A stretch of DNA of 64,000 nt from Syncephalis fuscata S228 (taxonomy: Eukaryota; Fungi; Zoopagomycota), in assembly GCA_025786725.1 (NCBI GenBank), contig JAHLTZ010000016.1, positions 62,001-126,000 of the forward strand, written 5' to 3'. This document shows, piece after piece, positions 55,330 through 64,000 of the stretch. The stretch's first letter is position 1. Each line of letters begins with the position of its first letter. The notes beneath the pieces are model-generated. The model saw nothing but the letters and a program-made list of their open reading frames with translations, ran no database searches and was not told where the DNA came from. Made by a program: the position numbers and the translations under genes.

Positions 55330-56332
55330 ATGACGTCCACTGTTGCGCCTAATCAATCACTATATGTGGCCAATCTAAATATTCAAGTAAAAAAAGATGG
55401 TATGTTGTTTATTATTGAATTGTATGCGTTGCTAACGCGTCTTTGTATTAATTGCTAGAGATGAAGCGGGCTTTATATACGCTGTTTACTGCCTATGGCA
55501 GAATAGTAGATGTTGTTCATCAAAGATCCGATCGTATGCGTGGTGTAGCTTTTGTAATATTTCGTGATATTCAGTCGGCTACTACTGCATTGCGTGGTTT
55601 AAACGGATTTGTATTCTACGATCGTCCACTGGTTAGTAAACATCTGGTGTCATTGGCTAGTTAGTCAGTCGGCCAGTTGTCATCAGTGGCATTGATAATT
55701 GTTTATTTGCTAACAATAACGATTGTAGAAACTTCAATATGCAAAGCGTAAATCAAAGACAATTGCTCTACTGGAAGGTGAATATAATCTACTAGCAGGT
55801 GACAATGTAGTAGAAATGGACGAGGGTGAGTGACTGCATAATGTATATAATCAATGTATTTATTAGTTATTTAGATGAGGAAGAGATGGAACACGAAGGA
55901 TTCAATGAAAAGGGAAGCGATGATGGTAGGCTGATAAAATAGATTTATTTAAATATGTCTAAAATAGCATGATGCAATAGAAATGGAAGATGCCGAGTCA
56001 GAAGAATCTGACCATGAAGAAGACGATAAAGATGCTACGCCACATCATATTCTATTTGTACGTCGTTTGGCCAAGAATACTACACAGTCATTGTTGACTG
56101 AATTATTTAAAAAGTAAGTTAATTCAATCAAATTAATAGGATAGTATATTAATTATTTGATTCATAGACACGAAGGATTTAAAGAAGTACGCATGATCCC
56201 AAGTGGTACTGGTCGAGTCATGGCATTTGTTGAATATGCAACTTCTGCGCAGGCTAGTGTGGCCAAGGATGTAATGCACGGTCTGGCCAGGCATCGGGGC
56301 GGCCCATGAAGGTCACCTATGCCAAACGATAG
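55330..56332 (+). CDS. U1A/U2B''-family two-RRM snRNP protein, multi-exon (apparent 1-nt deletion near 56290)
   Basis: PNQSLYVANLN, LYTLFTAYGRIVDV...RMRGVAFVIF, YDRPLKLQYAK; second RRM PHHILFV...GFKEVRMIP...AFVEY...MKVTYAK. Confidence 0.88.
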
Positions 56333-56532
56333 TTTTGCTGTAATTGTGGAGCCATGGGCTCAGAACCTTGCCTCAAAATAAGATTAAATACATGTCTTTA
56401 ATATTATGAATAGTGAATGGATTGCCAATCTATAATGATGATGCTAAATATACAGTAGTTGTAATAATACATTACGATATATTGTATAGATGAATTATTT
56501 AAGTTGATCTACGCTGTTTATTTAATATTGAG

Positions 56533-57329
56533 TTACATAGTGTTTATAAACAAAAGTGTTAATACGGTAGAAAATAAAACAGTAGACCAGAGCCATTGGT
56601 GGTAAATAGTCTGGATAGGTAACTGAAGTAGACCATGGGCAGCTGAAGACTCGCTGTTGCTTTTTGCGATGACTGCATTAGCGTCAAGATTGGATGGTTG
56701 TGTTGCTTTATTGTTTAGTTGTGTCTTTGTAGTGCTGTTGGTCGTGGTAAATGCTGCTTTTGTTGCTGTAGTGGGCTTTTTATTGCTGTTGTTATTACTA
56801 TTGTTATTACTGTTGTTATTACTGTTATTATTACTGTTGTTACCATTATCGGTATTGCCATCGCTTTTAGGCTGTACTGGATCTTTGAATGCAAAGGTTA
56901 CCGTACCTTCAACTGGTACATCGCCATCTGCATTGTCTACTAAAAAGCATGGAATTTGAGTGGTATTGGCTACTTTTGTTGGTGTTAGCTTGCCAATTAC
57001 GCAGTGGTTAATGGCTTGCCTGGAGGAGCTACACAAGAGTTGGGGCTGTCGTAGCGAATTTTAAATTGTGTTTTTTGATCTTCAGCTCGTCGATTGATCG
57101 CGTAGGAATAAACCTCAGAAGTTACAAGATACACTGCTTTAGGATATCCTTTAACTGTGGTATAGTTGTAGGCTGCATACTGGTAGATGTCGTTTAGACA
57201 GCCGCCAGAGAGAAGGTGAGGGCCTATTTTAATTTGAGAAAAGTTTGGCGCAGTACTTTCTTGAACTGTTTGTCCTTTAGTGCCAACAATGGCCAATACC
57301 AATAATATACAAACAATGTAAGGGAACAT
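56533..57329 (-). CDS. Secreted, probably GPI-anchored Cys-containing protein with Asn-rich linker (apparent 1-nt deletion near 57000)
   Basis: Signal peptide MFPYIVCILLVLAIVGTKG; (NNNS)n stalk; SSAA then hydrophobic C-terminus; two ORFs join with one added base. Confidence 0.7.
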
Positions 57330-58371
57330 GCTAATGCAGGAATACGGAAATGCTAATGAGAAATGCTTCAAGAATATGCTTAAAGGTGAGTATGCTACGG
57401 GAAAGAAAAGAAAGTGCACCAAGGGATGACAATAGTTTGGCATAGCGGGTTTAGAAATTAGTGGCACGGCAAAGGATACACGCAAAGGTATAATGTAAAT
57501 ATGTCTATTTTTAGATAAATAGCATTTATAATAAAAGCTACAAATACCTGTATAATACTCGATTATCATAAAGGTATTATTTTGCACGCTCATATCCTCC
57601 ATCCAACTATATCGTTCATATTGTATACTGCTAGTATTATAGATCATTATAAGTTATACCAACTATACTCTATTCAGTATATGTTTCAATCCATTTTAAT
57701 TAATCCAGTTTGTGAGTTGTACACTCAGCCCAACAATTATTTATATTATTATACATTTTGATAGCTGCATGCTACTTTTAGGGATTGTACATTTATTGTT
57801 ATATATATATATTCGTTGCAGAGTCTGAATCATTGGTTTATTTTCTTTATTAAACTATCCATGCAATAGTAACGTATTGTTTTACAGCTACTCGCGCATA
57901 ACGACTAGTTAATACATATTAACAATGGATTACTAAATAGACTGAGCTACTTAGTATGTTGTTTATAATCAAAAAGTACAACTAATATAATGGAGCGTGA
58001 AAAGTATATTAGGTAGTGGTACATGTGCAACACGTTGCAAAGTATCTTATTAGTTTTAAAGTTTGCTAGTCACTGGATGCAAATCAATCATGGTCATAAA
58101 GTAGTAGGTTGATTACATATGATAAAAATAAATTGGCGTGTCTATTACTGAAAATTTGCATAGCTGAATCGATACAATCAAATGCAGAACTGGTAATGGA
58201 ATAATAAAATTTATTGATTAAAGGGGAGTAGACCGGGATATTGGCTGAGATTAGTATATGCCTGAATTAAACGGCAGTCGTCCAATAATCTTGATTTTTA
58301 AGTGTATATCTAGAATCTCTAGGACTAGCTGTCCAATTATGATTTCAATGTCAATGTCTTGAAACTACTGG

Positions 58372-60831
58372 TTATTCTGTGTTTATAATATAGGCAACCA
58401 TGCCATATAATTAGCATATAGATCATAATGGTTAATGCGACTTACCATCTATAATATAAATCATTAAGTATCCAATGGATAATGCATGTTTAGTGTTTAG
58501 TTAATTGGTATTCAATTCTACTTACCAACTGCTGGTAAAGGTTATTAGATACGGGGTATATTATATATGTTTAGTACATAAATGCTTATATGTAATCATA
58601 CTTACTCTCTATTAATGCAAGTGGTTAAGCACACAGTGCATGGTATATATTTAGCATATATTTAGACAGTGTATAATGCCACTTACTCTCTATTAGTACA
58701 AGTGATTAAATACAGCATATGACATATTTTTAGTGAATAGCTAATTAATATACAATAATATTTACCAACTATCAATATAGGTGATTTAACACACAGTGTA
58801 TGGCATATGCTTAGTTCATGGTTGATCAGTATATAATGCTACTTACTAACTAATGATTCAAGTTATTAAACACATGGTGTGTGGGATATAATTAGCGCTT
58901 GGTTGGTTAACATGAAATCCCACTTACACTCTATTAACACAGGTTATTAAAAATGCAGTGTACGACATATATTTAGTATATTGCTGATTAGTATACAATT
59001 TTACTTACCGTCTAATAATGAAAGTTGTTAAATAAAGGGTATATGGCATATATTTAATTTGTAGCTAATTAATATATAATATTACTTACCAACTAATCGT
59101 ATACATTATTAAGCATAAGAAAAAGAATATGTAATTAGTTTAGTGCATAGATGGTTAGTATACAATGCCACTTACATTCTATTAGCACAAGTTGTTAGAC
59201 ATAAGGTGCATGGTATATGTTTAGTGCATAGCTGGTTGATATAAAAGTTTACTTACGTTCTATTAACAAAGGTTGTTAAACATAAGATGCATGGAATAAG
59301 TTTAGCACATAGTAAAGCAATATATTGTTTCACTTACCAGCTATCAACGCAAATTATTAAACAGGCGGCGCATAGAAAACGCTTAGTGTATGATTAATTA
59401 ATATACAATACCACTTACTAACTAATGGTTCAAGTTGTTAAGCACACGGTATATGGCATATGTTTAATACATATCCAATTGATATATAATATTACTTACG
59501 ATCTATTAAAGCAATTTATTAAACACACAGTGTATGGGATATATTTAGTACATAGTTGGTTGATATACAATGTCACTTACCAGCTAATGATGCAATTTAT
59601 TAAATATTCAGTGTATAAATATATTTAGTATGTAGCTAATCAATATACGATGTTACTTACCAACTATTAGCACAAGTAATTAGACATAAGGGAAATGGTA
59701 TATGTTTAGTACATAGTTGCTTGGTATGAAATGTCACTTACGCTCTATTAACACATTAAACACAAAGCAAAGGCACATGTTTAGCGTATAGCTTATTAGC
59801 ATACAATGGCACTTACTGGCTATTAACAAAAGTTATTAAACATACCGTGTACAACATATTTTTAGCGCATAATGAAGTGATATGTAGCACCACTTACCAG
59901 CTATTAGCACAGATTATAAAACACAAGATGCATGGAAATAGTTAGTGCATATTTGATTGATATATAATATTGCTTACCAACTAATAGTTGGAGTTATTAT
60001 ATAAAAATGCACGGCATACGTTTAGTATATAGTTGGTCAGTATACAATGCCACTTACTAGCTATTAACAAGTTATTAAATACACGTGTGCATCATACTTT
60101 TAGTGCACAGCAAAGTAATATGTAATACCACTTACCCCCTATTTATACAAATGATTAAATACACGCGCATGAAAAATGTTTAATGTATATCCGAGTAATA
60201 TGTGATGCCACTTACTAACTAATGATTCAAGTTATTAGACACAAAATGCACAGTATGTTTTAATGCATATCTGATTAATAGACAATATCACCTACGCTCT
60301 ATCGACATAAGTTGTTAAATACACAGCGCATGACATATATTTAGCATATATTTAGCTAATTTGCAATGCCACTCACGTTCTGTCACTACAAGTTATTAAG
60401 CAAGGTGCATGAAAGACGATTAGTGCATAGTCGATTAATATACGATGCCACTTACCAACTAATGGTTTAAGTTATTAAAAATATATTGCATGACAGGTGT
60501 TTAATACGTAGTTGGTCAATATACAATGCCACTTACGGTCTATTAATGTAAATACAGCATATTAGTATTTCTGATTAATAATTGGTTTGTTCTTTTATAT
60601 TAAGTTTACCTTGAGATGTTAGATCTAATTTCAGCAATTTACATTACAAAACAATGTTTATCATGTTCATCATGTGTATGGCAATCTACATTGAGCATTG
60701 GAACAATGGTTCAAAATCACAACTTACCGACTAGTATCGCCATTAGTTAGCCATAATGTTAATGAGTATATTAATTTACGTATTTATTGCAGTTGTAACA
60801 TACCACGGATAAGGGCCGGCACAGTTTCCAT
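58372..60831 (-). CDS. Predicted micro-exon gene: exons 60831-60804, 60730-60728, 60624-60610, twenty-seven 3-nt exons (60539 down to 58446), 58376-58372; product METVPALIRVDLTSQDLEQLRAIAAKLADLTEQFDEFIEKIDE
   Basis: Every repeat unit has YAG-NNN-GT; in-order phase-1 join is stop-free, amphipathic and ends GAA-TAA at the next acceptor; no transcript evidence available. Confidence 0.75.
58441..60545. repeat. Diverged ~81-bp tandem array, 27 units (intron + 3-nt exon)
   Basis: (ac)ttac-NNN-cta anchor recurs every 75-86 bp with shared gttattaa, cac, tttagt and tacaat blocks. Confidence 0.95.
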
Positions 60832-63800
60832 TATAATTGTATTGATTACAAAAGCTATAATGAGCGGCGCAAACGACGGCTATAGAAAGCTTTGTGTTGA
60901 TACGACTTGTTAAAACAAGCAAACAAATGAAAAATAGAACGTGGCGATGATACCGCTGGTTATTTGTGTGTATCGAGCGGGCTATTTAAATCTGTGGTTA
61001 TACTGGGATATCAGTATATTGTAGTGTGCGGAATGTATTATCAATACTCAATGTAACCAATAAAGCACAGACAGTTGGTGGATTAAAGCACGTGCATATC
61101 GATAAATCAATGGCGCGATAATGTACTGCCAAGCCCTTATATCGTTTTTTTCTTTTACGCAAATGACGCGGCCCTATTAGCATCCAGTACGCATGTGGTA
61201 GGAATCCACCCATTGAGTTTTACAATTTTGTTACACAATTCGACTATGAAACGCAAACTGAATATATCAATTCCACGGAAAAAGGGATAATGTACCGCTG
61301 TGCCTTTGTTGCGTTTTCACCGATAAAATCAGTCTTCATTGTCTGCACGTATTTCGACTGTGCTTAGCATCGATGCAACAGTAGCGATAGTGCATTAAAC
61401 TGGTATTTTTTTTACAAATATGCACTGCTGTGTGTAAAGTAGTCATAGGCCATTAAATGGATGAACCAATCAGTATTTTTCATGATTTAATACATATTGA
61501 TATTGGGTTGGCTATAGGAACAAACAGTTCGTTTTAGCACTGTACCACCAGCTGTCGATACCAGCTCTATTTTTAACAATTAATTGATGGCTTCTGTATA
61601 ACACAGTTTTAATAGTAAAGTATTAAATTTATGTATGGATGCATCAATTGTTTTAACACAGTGTAAAAATACTAGACTGACCTGTCGGGTCGTCTCAGTT
61701 GTATATAATCAATCAAGAGTGTACAGGAGCAATGCAGGTTATATCAAGTTTTTTTTGAAAGCTAGAAAGCAGTCTTTATTAAGGCAAACAATAACATAAA
61801 GGTAAGACTTGTTTTAACTTGCTGCAGCCTCGACAATTCAACGAGGTGGTCGATTTTAAGCATGGGTATGAACGGAGACTGCGTTGTAAGGTAGGATGTA
61901 GCAATGAGTTACACCAATAAGCGTTTGCCGCCTAAAGATTGGTCCGGTAGACATCGGGTTCAGAGCCTCATTGACTTAGAAGGCAAGACTAGTAGTTGAG
62001 CTAGCATTACACCCTTTTGATGTCATAGCATTTTTTTTTCAAAAACCAGTGTTAATTAAGGGCATATCAGACAATGGCAGTCCCATTGTATAATGACTGA
62101 TTTGGGAATAACTCGATGAAGGTGGTTTATAATAGCTGCACACATCAAGATTGCACTAGACGAACGTGGAATCAGAATTTAGCAATGGTAAATCTCATCT
62201 ATATTCTTATCAGTATGCAAATCAATGACAACATACTATCATAGCCTTGAATGTTGAAATTCTTTATTAGAGCTTTTATTTCTTGGATTCTATGTTGTTA
62301 TAATTGCGTGCAAACTACTACACAGGCGGCACGCAAGCAATACAAATATGCACACGCAATCATCTTTTTTAGCAAAGCATTGATTTGCACGCTGCACTAT
62401 TTTATTGATATTAACAGTTTTGTGGCGCTGGCTTATTTGTGGTAATTATATCGATTGTAAACAGCAGAATCATGCATACTGCACATCCGTTCTGATTAGT
62501 ACTTGCTAAAACGACATTTTTGTCGCAGAAAACATGTTGCTATCGAAATAGATAGGTGTTGTGTTATTTTAACAAGCCTACCGATCATATAGATTTGCCA
62601 TAATTGCTATTATTTGAGAAAAAATCATTTTAACCACCATCGCTCACCACACTATCGTAATTTGTACACTTTCAAATAGTGTGAAATCGAAATGTTATGA
62701 CAAGTATAAATATCTATGCTATTGTCAAATCAGTCCGGACTGGACTGGAGGTTGTTTGAACAGCATAGATCAACTGTAATTATATTACAAATGCAAATTT
62801 GTTATAAAATCAAATATTCACAATACATAGCATGAAAGACAAGCGCTCATAATTGCTTTTTGGCGCCTTAAACTCATTCACTACTAATACGCTGCAATGA
62901 TTACGTAACATACTCTTAATTTATTGTTTACTCAATAGGTAGGCTTTACAAACCGACTTTCATCCTATATGTACCAACAAAGAACGATAACAACTATATT
63001 ACGTCGCCGTATCAAAAATCAATCTATTCCATGTGATATTTATGTCATTGATATGTTGGAAATGCATTGCGTTTTCTATTCTCGCACTTTTTGTGTGCTT
63101 ATCTTATCACACCTAATAAAAACCAAGAAATTACTCGTCAAGCTCGATTGTGTTGTCCAATTCTTAAATACGGCTAATGGTGCTAATAAACGTTTGTTGT
63201 AAGTTACCCGTTTAATTGCTGTTACTGTCTGTACACTGTATTAACAACTCAATAGGAATACAATATGCGAGTAAAACTGCGCTTTGGCACTTTTAGCAAT
63301 ATGGCAATGGGAAGCATATACTAAACGCAGCTAATTATTTGAGCCTCTATTAAATTTCCATATTTATTAAGCATAGGACTGAGCGGTGAGTGACATTAAT
63401 CATTGTTCATGTAATTTGTTCTATATAATCCGTATTTACTTGTCTATTATATATAATCAATATTGCTGTCTGTTTATTATTAAATAGTTTTCATGGATGT
63501 CAATCCATGTCGTTCATCTTATCATCGTGCATACTGTGACTCCATCACTAGTATTCACGCATTCTACTTGGTGATTCGTATCATTTGAGATTATTCATAA
63601 TTTATTGCCAAAACACTATTGATAAGCATATTTAGAAGCACATTCACAACCAAGAGAATAGTAATTAACTTCATGCTTATCAATTAATTAACGTGATTGT
63701 TTCATGTGGACAATCCGCACAAAAATATCAGTCCTTGGATCTCATTTTCTCGTTCACACTTCTCTTTCGCTTTCTCTTATATGCACACTTTACACTTCAG

Positions 63801-64000
63801 ATCTCTACATATACCAAAATACAGCTGTACTTTGGGTTACTACAGATCCAGTCTGATTTTTGCATTGTTTCCAAGATCACCGATCGCCAATAAACAACGC
63901 TCTTCACCTGTTCTCTCTTTCTCTTTCTATTACTTTATTGGGCTCATCGTTAAGTAGTGACATTCTGTCAAAAATACCATTTAATTTAGGTAAGTTTGGT

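Noticed and set aside
56657-56959. Poly-Leu hydrophobic plus-strand ORF
   Set aside because: Antisense shadow of the (NNNS)n repeat in the minus-strand gene.
59425-59628. 67-aa plus-strand ORF inside the array
   Set aside because: Chance product of the 81-bp (multiple of 3) period; the frame is broken in neighbouring units.
58441-60545. CRISPR array or plain neutral minisatellite
   Set aside because: Eukaryotic context, no identical repeats with unique spacers and no cas genes. Conservation is concentrated on the AG/GT dinucleotides 3 nt apart, which a neutral satellite would not explain.
58446-60854. Alternative reading phases for the micro-exon gene
   Set aside because: Phase 2 (FCNQYNYNGNCAGPYP...) hits TGA at the second/third array exon. 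Phase 0 hits TAA in the 15-nt exon. Only phase 1 is open from ATG to the terminal TAA.
61000-64000. Further genes or micro-exon arrays at the right end
   Set aside because: Only short ORFs without motifs and scattered splice-like sites; no periodic AG-NNN-GT pattern seen.

Overview
AT-rich eukaryotic genomic DNA with short (mostly 50-100 nt) GT(A/G)AG...YAG introns. Gene content suggests an early-diverging fungus, possibly Zoopagomycota/Syncephalis-like (inference, not proven). It holds about 27 protein genes, mostly housekeeping (PRP43, catalase, CPQ, STK19, BLOC1S1, type III glutamine synthetase, IQGAP, myotubularin, GLUT-type transporter, SNF7, SPP1, RCF1, MED11, U1A/U2B'', mitoribosomal proteins), and four tRNA genes. 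Three things stand out. (1) The ~81-bp 'satellite' at 58.4-60.5 kb is, on the minus strand, 27 consecutive 3-nt micro-exons, each flanked by YAG and GT. Spliced in order with flanking exons they give a stop-free 43-aa amphipathic helical peptide, with an intron inside every codon of the array (31 exons and 30 introns for a 132-nt CDS). (2) A structurally canonical eukaryotic tRNA-Sec (UCA) lies at 19625-19711, which is rare in fungi. (3) Two ~1.8-kb near-perfect palindromes share a 776-bp core with oppositely oriented spacers, but have locus-specific outer arms. Seven genes carry single-base deletions, most likely consensus errors.
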